A stretch of 64,000 nt of DNA from the IMG/VR virus record IMGVR_UViG_3300006056_003323; one strand, written 5' to 3'. The DNA comes from an uncultured virus (IMG/VR IMGVR_UViG_3300006056_003323). Lineage: Duplodnaviria > Heunggongvirae > Uroviricota > Caudoviricetes. Position numbers and translations under genes: made by a program. The notes under the pieces were generated by a model. It searched no databases and was not told the DNA's origin. It saw nothing but the letters and a program-made list of their open reading frames with translations. Numbering within the stretch: the first letter of the stretch is position 1; every line of letters begins with the position of its first letter. Of this stretch, positions 47,763-56,654 are shown one piece after another.

Positions 47763-49583
47763 ATGAAAATCGGACTGAAGTTGCTGATCGCGTCGATCTT
47801 GGCGATCGCGGCCTGCGGGCACCCGCAGAGCAGCGTCGAAGACGGCGAGCTGACCCACGCGGAGACCCTCGAGCTGCGGAGCGCCGTGGAGCACGGCCAC
47901 ATCCGACGCGAAGGACGAGCAGCGACCCTCGACGAGGCCGTCGCGATGTACAAGGAGACGCTTCGGATCGAACGCGCTGCGGCGACGACTGGAGCGGCGG
48001 CTCGACGCGAGTATGGAGCGATGCAGGTCGTGCCGAGCGGATCGGCGACGCAGGCTCGGCTGGTCTTGTCGAACGGGATCGACGACGAGGCGCGCGATCG
48101 CGCTGCCCGCTCCCTGGCGGCGAGGCTGCGCAACCAGGCGCCGGCCGCGCTCACGCCCAACCCGAGCGTCCCGGACATCGCTCGAGCGACCTCGACGCGC
48201 TCGGCGCCGCTGCAGGTCGGCGTCCTCTACCACGACGGCACGGTGACCTCTCCCGCGCGCGCCATCCACGGCACGAGCGGAGACGCGGTGTTGCGGTTCT
48301 CGTTCACGCCGTCGGCCCTCCCGGCATCGCAGGGAGGGTACCAGCAAGTGACCGCGAACCTGCGGCTCGGCGGAGCGGAGGTCGGTGTCCTCGCGGTTCC
48401 TCCGGGCGGCTGGCGAACGCCGCTGACCGGCAAGGTGTACAACGTCACGCGGAGCGGGCTCATCTCGAGCTCGGGACGCATGGTCGTGCTCGACACCCAG
48501 ACGCAGCCGGTCGAATTCGGGACCACGGGCGTGTGGCGCGACGCGAAGCTCTACGTCTACGCGTACTCGTTCTCGCCAAGCGCTGGGTTTCAGTCGTCGA
48601 TCCTGCACACGGTGACGCTTCCTGCGGCGCCCGCGGTCGTGCCGTCGCCGGCGAACCCCGTGCCGTGGCAGATCGGTGGAGGCATCGTCTTCGCTGGCTC
48701 GATCGCGCTGCTCGACGTCGCCGCAACGGAGGGCGCGCACATCGCCGGGTGGCCAAACGTTGTCGTGACCGACAACTTCAACGGCATCTACTGCGCGACG
48801 AACGGGCTGACGTCGTTCTCGCTGTGCGCGCTCGACTCGCGCATGGCCGGCGGCGTTCGCGCGGGCGTGATTCAGGGGATCGGTCCGGACGGCGCGTACG
48901 ACGTGATCACGCCTCCTCCGCCGGGATCGCCGCCGTCGTTCGCGGGCGTCGTCGGGATCTACCCCGGAGCGCACTCGGTGACGTCTGTCGTCGCTCGCGA
49001 CGCGAGCGGGCTGCGCCACGACAAGATCTGCTGGTCGGTCTCGTGGTCGAATCACCCCGATGGCTCGCCGGACACGGCCGCGATGGGGCTTCACTGCATC
49101 GGGCGATCGGACCTCTTGAACGCAGCGATCCCGCCGTTCGCGAAGACCGGCGACCCGGCCTTCGGTGGCGTCTCGGCGCCGAGCTACCAGCTCGTGGTGC
49201 CTGGCACCGCAGGGCTCGGCGATCTGACGGACGCGCTCGACAACGACCGGTTCAACGCGCCTTCGATGTTGTACTGGATGCGCGCGCCCTCGGACGCGAG
49301 CAACGTCGGCTGCGCCTTCTACAGCGCTCTGCGCCGCATCAACCTCGACAACGGCGTGATCGAGCTGGTCAAGTGCGATCGTGAATACTTCGCCTGGACC
49401 AACGAGATCTCGAGCGCGCCCAGCATCACTGGATTTCGCGTCACGAACATCCTGCCCTCCGTGGGGCAGGAATACAACAACGCCAACCTCAACATGCTCG
49501 TGGCGCTCGGTCTTCGGCCCGAGATCTACTTCGCGAGCCGCATGCCGACGGTGATCGCGCCGACGGCGACGATCTTCCCTTGA
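47763..49583 (+). CDS. large beta-rich lipoprotein
   Basis: MKIGLKLLIASILAIAA-C signal peptide II; GGAG RBS; 606 aa. Confidence 0.8.
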   Translation: MKIGLKLLIASILAIAACGHPQSSVEDGELTHAETLELRSAVEHGHIRREGRAATLDEAVAMYKETLRIERAAATTGAAARREYGAMQVVPSGSATQARLVLSNGIDDEARDRAARSLAARLRNQAPAALTPNPSVPDIARATSTRSAPLQVGVLYHDGTVTSPARAIHGTSGDAVLRFSFTPSALPASQGGYQQVTANLRLGGAEVGVLAVPPGGWRTPLTGKVYNVTRSGLISSSGRMVVLDTQTQPVEFGTTGVWRDAKLYVYAYSFSPSAGFQSSILHTVTLPAAPAVVPSPANPVPWQIGGGIVFAGSIALLDVAATEGAHIAGWPNVVVTDNFNGIYCATNGLTSFSLCALDSRMAGGVRAGVIQGIGPDGAYDVITPPPPGSPPSFAGVVGIYPGAHSVTSVVARDASGLRHDKICWSVSWSNHPDGSPDTAAMGLHCIGRSDLLNAAIPPFAKTGDPAFGGVSAPSYQLVVPGTAGLGDLTDALDNDRFNAPSMLYWMRAPSDASNVGCAFYSALRRINLDNGVIELVKCDREYFAWTNEISSAPSITGFRVTNILPSVGQEYNNANLNMLVALGLRPEIYFASRMPTVIAPTATIFP

Positions 49584-49613
49584 CTCTCTCCGCCACGGGG
49601 TAGGATCAGCCGA

Positions 49614-50135
49614 ATGATCCTCTCCGTGGCCACCTTCTCTCTCAAGCAAGCCCACAACGCGCTTCGGCGCGGAGGCTTGCGAAAGAAGCACCCGTACGCG
49701 GGTCTTCGCCGAGCCTGGGTGGGCTTCGAGTCCCCGGGCGGACCGGGAGATGTGTCGCCGCTGCGCTCAGCGTTCGACGGCGCGTCCATCGTGGTCCAGT
49801 GCATCGACTGGGACGTTGACGGACGCCACTCTCCTGCGATCTACGGAGAGACGAACCTCAAGCAGGCCCCGTCCATGGAGATCGCGAAGCGACTCGTCCA
49901 CTTCGTGATGGACTTGCATCGAGCCCCTGAGGAGTACGTGCTGATCGCTCACTGCCACAGGGGGCACTATCGAAGCGGCTCTATCGCGGAGTTCTGCAGG
50001 GCCGATCTCGACGTCGAGGAAGCTCCTTTCTCCAAGCGGCTCGAGAACACGATCGGGGAGACGCCAGAGCAGCGAACGCATAACATCGCTCTTCTGCGGC
50101 TGATGCGAGATGCTCGGCGAGAGCAACATGCGTGA
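49614..50135 (+). CDS. Cys-dependent (PTP/DSP-like) phosphatase
   Basis: LIAHCHRGHYRSG = HCxxGxxRS P-loop. Confidence 0.78.
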   Translation: MILSVATFSLKQAHNALRRGGLRKKHPYAGLRRAWVGFESPGGPGDVSPLRSAFDGASIVVQCIDWDVDGRHSPAIYGETNLKQAPSMEIAKRLVHFVMDLHRAPEEYVLIAHCHRGHYRSGSIAEFCRADLDVEEAPFSKRLENTIGETPEQRTHNIALLRLMRDARREQHA

Positions 50136-50170
50136 TCGTATACACGTAATCGTATACACGTAATCGCATA
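50135..50170. repeat. tandem 14-bp repeat ATCGTATACACGTA x2.5
   Basis: Read directly, intergenic. Confidence 0.9.
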
Positions 50171-50261
50171 TCGAGCAGATCAAGATGATATAGTGGCAAG
50201 TAACTAGACCGCGAACAAGGATGCTGATACCGACCTTGACGAAGGAAGGTAGAAGTCAACC

Positions 50262-50717
50262 ATGTCCACGGAAAACCCAGGCGCCTCGCAGAACCAGATC
50301 ATCGCAGACATCGTCGCGAAGAAGCTCGAAGAGCGCCTCGAAGGCGTTCGAGAGGTCGCGGGGAAGATCGCCGCAGCCTCTGCGAAGGTCGCTCACTCGC
50401 TCGCGCCAGAGGTCCTCGCGGAGTCCGTAACGAGAAGGATCCTTGGAGATCAAGAGACGGACACGCTGCCCTTCTCGACGAAGGCGAAGTACCGTCTCGA
50501 AGACTCTGTCAGAGATCTCGAGTTCTTAGCCCGCTCTATGCGAAGAGAGCTCGAGGTGATTGGCTTGCTCGAAAACAGGGATGCCGAGTTCGCAGAGGTG
50601 ACTCCCAAAGACCCTAGAAGAGAGCTCGAGGCGATTGGACTGTTCAAGAAGAAAGATGCCGAGAGCGCCGGTGAAGACCCAGGCAGAAGCACGCAAGACG
50701 ACAAGCCGGCAGGCTGA
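50262..50717 (+). CDS. helical protein with internal duplication
   Basis: RRELEVIGLLENRDAE / RRELEAIGLFKKKDAE. Confidence 0.7.
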   Translation: MSTENPGASQNQIIADIVAKKLEERLEGVREVAGKIAAASAKVAHSLAPEVLAESVTRRILGDQETDTLPFSTKAKYRLEDSVRDLEFLARSMRRELEVIGLLENRDAEFAEVTPKDPRRELEAIGLFKKKDAESAGEDPGRSTQDDKPAG

Positions 50718-50752
50718 CACCAAACTCGGCGAAGGAAGGAAAGAAGACAGCC

Positions 50753-51097
50753 ATGTCTACAGAGAAGCGCGAACGCTCAGTGACCGAGATCGCCCACGAG
50801 ATCGTCGAGAAGAACGCCGAAGAGAGGCTCAAAGACGCTCGTCGGATCATCAACGGAATCTCAATGATTACCGAAGATCTTGCCAAAAACCTGATCCCAT
50901 TCGCGATCGCAGACGTGATCGCCGAGAACCAGCTCGGCAAGGTCAAGGCCCCGGCCGAGGAGATGTTCTCGAAGACCTCCCCGAGAGGTGACGTCGTCCG
51001 AGCCATCGAAGAGATCGAGTCCAAGCTCGGATCCCTGCGAAGCCAGCTCAAAATAGTCGGGGTGATCTCTTCCCCATCGAAGAGCTTCGACGAGTAA
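50753..51097 (+). CDS. helical protein, paralog of 50262
   Basis: MSTE...EIVEKNAEERL...L.SLRSQLKIVG. Confidence 0.7.
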   Translation: MSTEKRERSVTEIAHEIVEKNAEERLKDARRIINGISMITEDLAKNLIPFAIADVIAENQLGKVKAPAEEMFSKTSPRGDVVRAIEEIESKLGSLRSQLKIVGVISSPSKSFDE

Positions 51098-51171
51098 CTG
51101 CTTGCTTGTTGACCGGTGAACTGTCTTCGCCTAGCGTTGCTCGTCCAAGATCAAGTGGACGACACAAGGAG

Positions 51172-51591
51172 ATGACAGTGGCAGCAAGCAAGACGCGAAG
51201 CGGCTCGGCCGCGAAGAAGAGCAGCCGTTCGAAGAAGTCGGGCAGCAGGACGAGGGTCGCGAAGGCCGCTGCGGTCTCGGCGTCGACCTCGAGCCTTCTC
51301 GACTCGGTCGAGAAGAAGAAGACGGCCGCGATCCAAGCGATGATCTCGAGCCTCGTCGAGGTACTCGGCGAGGTCTCTGAGGCGGCGAGAAGCGTGGTGC
51401 AGAAGCAGATCCTCAGCTCGATGCTCGGAGACGATGCCCTTCGCGCGAAGTCCTCTCGGTTGATGAAGAAGCGGCTCGCGAGGGCCCGCGATCTCTTCGA
51501 GAAGATCGAGAGGGGCTTCGGGATCGAGAACCAGCAGCCGAGCGAGGCTGCTTCTCCCGTCGAGAAGTCCGTTCCCGACGATGAAGAGTAG
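51172..51591 (+). CDS. basic helical hypothetical protein
   Basis: AAGGAG RBS; TTGACC-17-TAGCGT promoter-like sequence at 51109. Confidence 0.7.
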   Translation: MTVAASKTRSGSAAKKSSRSKKSGSRTRVAKAAAVSASTSSLLDSVEKKKTAAIQAMISSLVEVLGEVSEAARSVVQKQILSSMLGDDALRAKSSRLMKKRLARARDLFEKIERGFGIENQQPSEAASPVEKSVPDDEE

Positions 51592-51878
51592 CCTTCCTCG
51601 CCTTCGCCCGAAGGCGGCCAACAGAAGCGCGCGCCGCGGGGCCGTTTGGCCCACGCAATCCTGAGCAAGGTAACCCCCAGCGGAGCATCCCTCCGCCCGT
51701 GAACCCGCACAACGTGCAAAACGAGCCGCACAGAGAAGCGCAAGAGAGAGCGGAGCCGCGCGCAGATCGTCAGATCGAGCACGGCGAGCATCGACCTTGC
51801 GCGAAGCGAGCAGCTCGTTACCGCCATGCGGTCTTCACGGGCAGAGGTATGCGTCCGGATGCGTCGTTGGAGTGCTAG

Positions 51879-52841
51879 ATGGCCAGGACCAAGACTGCGG
51901 AGAAAAAGAAAGATCGCCTCCAGACCCCGGTCCCAGCGGAGCTGGCGCCTCTGCAGGCTCTGCTTCCGGATCAGCCGGTGACGACCCCGCTCTCTCCAGG
52001 GAAGGCCATCGTCACGGTCGTCGAGTCGCAGGACGAGGCGAAAGGTCCGACCATCGTCTCGTGGATGGAGAAGTGGCTCGCAGACAAGATCGCGCCGATC
52101 AGCAACGCGCTCAACGATGCCTCGGAGCAGATCGACGTCATCCAAGAGAACCTCAAGCTGCACTTCCTGCAAAAGCACCTCGAGGTCAGCGGAGAAGAGA
52201 GCGTTTCTCTGCCGTTCGACGCGCTGACGGAGCTCGTCGAGCGAGCTCGGGACCTTCTCGGCCTGCAGATCAGCGACAGCGAGAGGAAGAAGAAGCTGCA
52301 GCAGAGCGCAGAGATCGAGCGGCAGAAGAAAACGCCAGCGAAGCCTGTATCGCTCTACGACATCCTGCAGCACGACGGTCCGGAGCAATCAGACTGTGCA
52401 GACCTCGAGATGGTCGTCGACAAATCGGGTAGCGTGCACGCGCCGAGGCTTCACGCTTGGGACAACAAAGGTCGATGTAAAAAGTGCGGCTTCGATCTGT
52501 CGGAGCTCATGTATCCGAACAAGTACATCCAGAACATCGTCGACGCACAACGGGCTCCTGACGGGAGCCATCCAGACGTAGTGCTGACGATCAGGACGCC
52601 GCTCAGATCGTGTCGAATCGTCGCGAAGTTCGCTACAAAGGATTCCAAGGGTAACATGGTGGGGACCGAATACTACGCAGCATGGGATTACCAAAATGGA
52701 AAACACTTCTTGCCCGCTGACCATCGATCACCGCGTCGGATCGTCTCTCTTGTAGTGTGTTCAGAGCAAAAAGGCGTCATGGTGATGAACGAAGGGGATG
52801 CGGAATACCTCTCCGAAAACAGAGCGGTCCGTGGGTGGTGA
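51879..52841 (+). CDS. hypothetical protein
   Basis: GGAG RBS, 320 aa; HxW...CxxC. Confidence 0.75.
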   Translation: MARTKTAEKKKDRLQTPVPAELAPLQALLPDQPVTTPLSPGKAIVTVVESQDEAKGPTIVSWMEKWLADKIAPISNALNDASEQIDVIQENLKLHFLQKHLEVSGEESVSLPFDALTELVERARDLLGLQISDSERKKKLQQSAEIERQKKTPAKPVSLYDILQHDGPEQSDCADLEMVVDKSGSVHAPRLHAWDNKGRCKKCGFDLSELMYPNKYIQNIVDAQRAPDGSHPDVVLTIRTPLRSCRIVAKFATKDSKGNMVGTEYYAAWDYQNGKHFLPADHRSPRRIVSLVVCSEQKGVMVMNEGDAEYLSENRAVRGW

Positions 52842-52906
52842 CCAGAAAGATTAACCTGCATCTTTGAGGTTGACTGAGACCCGCGTCGCACGCTACGCAT
52901 TGAGCT

Positions 52907-55900
52907 ATGTCAATGCAGGTCAGCGAAGACAAGCGTCCGCGGAGTCGATCGAAGAGCAGGGCGCATCTGCAGATCGTCGAGAAGAGCGGGGAGATCGTGA
53001 TCGACGCCTTCGCCGGCGGAGGAGGGGCGAGCACGGGGTTCAGGATGGCGATCGGTCGCGAGGTCGACGTCGCGATCAACCACAACCCAGTCGCGATCGC
53101 GATGCACGAGAAGAATCACCCGTCCTCGAAGCACTACATCGAGGACGTGTTTCACGTCGACCCGTTCGAAGCCTGCCAGGGAAGACGCCCGAAGGCGATG
53201 TGGATGTCGCCTGATTGTTTCCCCGCAGGCACCTTGATCTTCACGAAGAAAGGACACGTGCCGATCGAAGAGATCAAGAAGGGTGACGAAGTCCTCACTC
53301 ATCTCGGGCGATGGCGAGCGGTGACAGACGTCATGCTGTCAAAGAAAGAGCTCCTTCAGGTCCGCGGTCAGGGGCACCCTGGCCTGCTTGTAAGTGGAGA
53401 GCATCCGTTCTACGTGAGGGAGAGACGCCCCGCGGGAAAGCCTGTTTCTCTTGATGACCCGAAGTGGATCAGCGCCAAGAACATGGGGAAGAACATGAGT
53501 TGGGCAACGCCTATCTCCATCCCTCGAACAGAAGTTCCAAAAGTACCGTTCGTTCAAGGACGACGCCTCGACGTGACAAAAGACCTGCTATGGCTGGCTG
53601 GAAGATACGTCGCAGACGGCTGGACTCGCATTGGATGTGGGCGAGCCGAGCTCGTCATCACATGCGGTCATCACAAGACCAATCTTCTTCGAGATCGTCT
53701 CTCGTCTTGGCTTCCGAAAAGCATTGAGTACAAGTCAGGAAGCAACGAACTCTCGTGGATGGAGAGGGACACTGCAACGGCTCACCAGTTTTCTACAAAC
53801 AGCAGAGGATTGGTCGAGTGGCTTCGTTCAAACTTTGGTCATAGATCAGAATGCAAGGTTGTCCCGACTTGGTTGTTTGGACTTGGTAAAGAAGAGCGAG
53901 AAGCCTTTCTTGATGGGTATCTGTCTGGAGACGGGTACATCAACGAGTCAGCCGTCTCGAAGACCGTCGAAAGCTCTACGGTGTCAAAGGGCTTGGCCAT
54001 CGGCATCAAAATGATCGCTGCATCTCTCGGGTTCTTCCCAAGATTGTACCGATCTAAAAACAGCAGTGTTATCCAAGGCAGGAAGGTGAACTCCAAGGTG
54101 ATCTGGAAAGTCAGGTGGCGCACCGAAGGCGTATCAAGGGCTGGGACAGAGATAGACACGCTTCACTCGTGGTCTCCGGTCAAAGAGGTGACTTCGACTG
54201 GCATTGTCTCCGACGTTTTCAACATTAGCGTCGAAGAAGACGAGAGCTACGTTGCAGACGGCATCGTTGTGCACAATTGCAAGCACTTCTCCAGGGCAAA
54301 AGGAGGGAAGCCTCGAGACAAGAAGATCCGCGCGCTCGCGTGGCTCGCGATTCGATGGGCGAGGACGGTGAAGCCGGAGATCATCTTCCTCGAGAACGTT
54401 CCAGAGTTCAAAACGTGGGGGCCCGTCGACAATGACGGGAACCCGATCAAGGAGAAGGCCGGCAAGACCTTCCGCCTCTGGATGAACACGTTGAAGTCGC
54501 TCGGTTACGTGATCGAGCACCGAGAGCTCGTCGCGGCCGACTACGGAGCGCCGACCTCGAGGAAGCGCTTCTACTTGATCGCCAGGTGCGACGGAAAGCC
54601 GATCGTCTGGCCGGATCCCACGCACGGAAAGGGTCGAGGGAGGCCGTGGAGATCGGCAGCGGAGTGCATCGATTGGAGCGTGCCGTGCAAGAGCATCTTC
54701 GATCGGAAGAAGCCGCTCGCACCGGCGACGATGGCTCGCATCGCAGCGGGGCTGCATCGGTTCGTGATCGAGACGAACACGCCGTTCGTCGTTCCTCTCA
54801 CGCACCACGGGAACGACTCGAGGGTCTACTCCCTCGAGAACCCGTTTCCGACCGTGACTGGAGCGAACCGCGGCGAGATGGCGTTTGTCTCCCCCGTCCT
54901 CGTCAACAACATGAACAACAACGTCCCTCGGCCGCTCGATGAGCCTCTCGCGACGATCCTCACTGGAGGGCACAAGATCCTCGCGACGGCGGAGCTTCAG
55001 CCCAAGGACACGAAGGCCGCGTTCGTTGCGTCTCACTACGGCGAGAGCGTTGGGCGTCCGGCGTCCGACCCGGCCCCCACGGTGACCGCCGGCGGGCAGG
55101 GACACTCTGCGATCATCGAAGCCACGCTCACGCCTTCAGAGTCGAGCGTGACGAGCGCTCCGTTCCTCGCGACGGTCACCCACACCAAGAGCGGTGATCG
55201 CATCCACTCTGCGAGCGAGCCGCTCAACACCGTGACCACCGCGAAGGGCGGAGAGTTTGTGCTGGTCACGCCAACGCTCATCCAGTCGGGTTACGGAGAG
55301 CGAAAGGAAGCCGACGGGAAGAAGAGCCAAGAGCCTCGTTGCCTCGACATCGAGGAGCCGCTGGGGACGGTTGTGGCAGGAGGCGCCAAGCACGCCGTCG
55401 TCCTCTCGTACATCTCCAAGGCTTTTGGAGGTGGAGAAGAGAAGATGTCGCCGGGATCATCCGTGGAAGATCCAGTCGGCTCCGTCACGACGAAAGACCA
55501 CAACCACCTCGTCCAAGTCAGCGCCATCACGAAGTTTTATGGAACTTGCACCGGCGAGAGCGTCGAAGAGCCTCTGCCGACGGTGACGGCTGGCGGATGG
55601 CACCTCGGCGTCGTCTCCTGCTCGGTCGAAGCGAAAGATGGCGCCGAGCTCGCCCACATCACGAAGTTCCGAAAGGACAGCGTCGGATCTTCCATGGACG
55701 ATCCCATGCCAACGGTCACCGCCAACAGCTTCATCAAGCGCCCTGGAGGCGCCGTGCCCATCGGCGTCGTCACCACAAAGGTCGAGCCGACCGCTGAGCC
55801 GAAGAGGAAGGGGAAGAAGCGCACGACGACTCCCGATCGACGAGAGCAGGTCCAGAAGTTCCTTCAATCGCACGATCGGAGCGCGAAGAAGCCGACCGCG

Positions 55901-56185
55901 AAGGGAAAGTCGGCGGCGAAGGAGAGCAGGCCGCTCGGCACGGTGATGATCAACGGCGTCGAGCATCACATCGTGGACATCGGCATGCGGATGCTGCAGC
56001 CGCACGAGCTGTTCCTCGCTCAGGGGTTCCCGCGGGACTACGCGCTCGACGTCGAGATCGAGAAGGTCAGCAAGGGCAAAAGCAAACGCAAGAAGTTGAC
56101 AAAGACGCAGCTGATCGCCCTTTGCGGGAACGCGGTCTGCCCTCCTGTCGCCGAGGCCATCGTAAAAGCGAACTACTTTCTCTGA
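52907..56185 (+). CDS. dcm: DNA (cytosine-5) methyltransferase containing an intein
   Basis: DAFAGGGG (motif I), SPD/CKHFS (IV), LENV (VI), YGAPTSRKR (VIII), RMLQPHEL..AQGFP (IX), GNAVCPP (X). Confidence 0.95.
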   Translation: MSMQVSEDKRPRSRSKSRAHLQIVEKSGEIVIDAFAGGGGASTGFRMAIGREVDVAINHNPVAIAMHEKNHPSSKHYIEDVFHVDPFEACQGRRPKAMWMSPDCFPAGTLIFTKKGHVPIEEIKKGDEVLTHLGRWRAVTDVMLSKKELLQVRGQGHPGLLVSGEHPFYVRERRPAGKPVSLDDPKWISAKNMGKNMSWATPISIPRTEVPKVPFVQGRRLDVTKDLLWLAGRYVADGWTRIGCGRAELVITCGHHKTNLLRDRLSSWLPKSIEYKSGSNELSWMERDTATAHQFSTNSRGLVEWLRSNFGHRSECKVVPTWLFGLGKEEREAFLDGYLSGDGYINESAVSKTVESSTVSKGLAIGIKMIAASLGFFPRLYRSKNSSVIQGRKVNSKVIWKVRWRTEGVSRAGTEIDTLHSWSPVKEVTSTGIVSDVFNISVEEDESYVADGIVVHNCKHFSRAKGGKPRDKKIRALAWLAIRWARTVKPEIIFLENVPEFKTWGPVDNDGNPIKEKAGKTFRLWMNTLKSLGYVIEHRELVAADYGAPTSRKRFYLIARCDGKPIVWPDPTHGKGRGRPWRSAAECIDWSVPCKSIFDRKKPLAPATMARIAAGLHRFVIETNTPFVVPLTHHGNDSRVYSLENPFPTVTGANRGEMAFVSPVLVNNMNNNVPRPLDEPLATILTGGHKILATAELQPKDTKAAFVASHYGESVGRPASDPAPTVTAGGQGHSAIIEATLTPSESSVTSAPFLATVTHTKSGDRIHSASEPLNTVTTAKGGEFVLVTPTLIQSGYGERKEADGKKSQEPRCLDIEEPLGTVVAGGAKHAVVLSYISKAFGGGEEKMSPGSSVEDPVGSVTTKDHNHLVQVSAITKFYGTCTGESVEEPLPTVTAGGWHLGVVSCSVEAKDGAELAHITKFRKDSVGSSMDDPMPTVTANSFIKRPGGAVPIGVVTTKVEPTAEPKRKGKKRTTTPDRREQVQKFLQSHDRSAKKPTAKGKSAAKESRPLGTVMINGVEHHIVDIGMRMLQPHELFLAQGFPRDYALDVEIEKVSKGKSKRKKLTKTQLIALCGNAVCPPVAEAIVKANYFL
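53216..54277 (+). mobile_element. intein with LAGLIDADG homing endonuclease (354 aa)
   Basis: Starts CFPAGTLI; SGEHPF block B; WLAGRYVADG and FLDGYLSGDG; ends YVADGIVVHN|C; visibly more AT-rich. Confidence 0.95.
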
Positions 56186-56242
56186 TTCGCATCAACAATC
56201 TTGTTGACTGCTGAATCATGCAGTGACATACACGGCTTGCTC

Positions 56243-56620
56243 ATGGTCAACGAAGACGCCGACGAGAAGCCGACGGAAGAGCAGAGGCTCCTCTGGAGGA
56301 TCGAGAGGAACAGCGCTTTCTTGGCAGATTCTCTGCTCATGTCCGCTTTTATGCTGGTGCTTGGCATCTCGTCGATCGCGGCGTCTGTGCTCTTGATGGC
56401 CTACGGCAAGGATCTGACAAGCGCCGACTGGGCGAGGAGTGTGTTGGCCATGTTCGCGGCGTTCGCTGGTGTTTTTGGGACGATCGCGATCATGGCTGTC
56501 GGCTACGTGCTCCGTTCGCTATGGACGGAAGAGCCGTCTGTCCCAGCTCTGTTCAAGGACCGCAAAAAACTCGCTGCGCTGCGAAAGGGCCGCGCAGCAT
56601 CATCTCCGCGCGGAGAGTAG
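56243..56620 (+). CDS. 2-TM membrane protein
   Basis: Two long hydrophobic segments. Confidence 0.65.
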   Translation: MVNEDADEKPTEEQRLLWRIERNSAFLADSLLMSAFMLVLGISSIAASVLLMAYGKDLTSADWARSVLAMFAAFAGVFGTIAIMAVGYVLRSLWTEEPSVPALFKDRKKLAALRKGRAASSPRGE

Positions 56621-56654
56621 CTCCGCGTTCACGTAGGGAAGGAACGAAGAAGCC

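Noticed and set aside
47676..49691. 671-aa minus-strand ORF and other long antisense ORFs
   Set aside because: Arg-rich shadows of high-GC + strand genes, with no RBS or motifs.
51655..51670. GCAATCCTGAGC resembles a group I intron Q element or an RNase P segment
   Set aside because: No matching P, R or S elements or RNase P conserved regions nearby.
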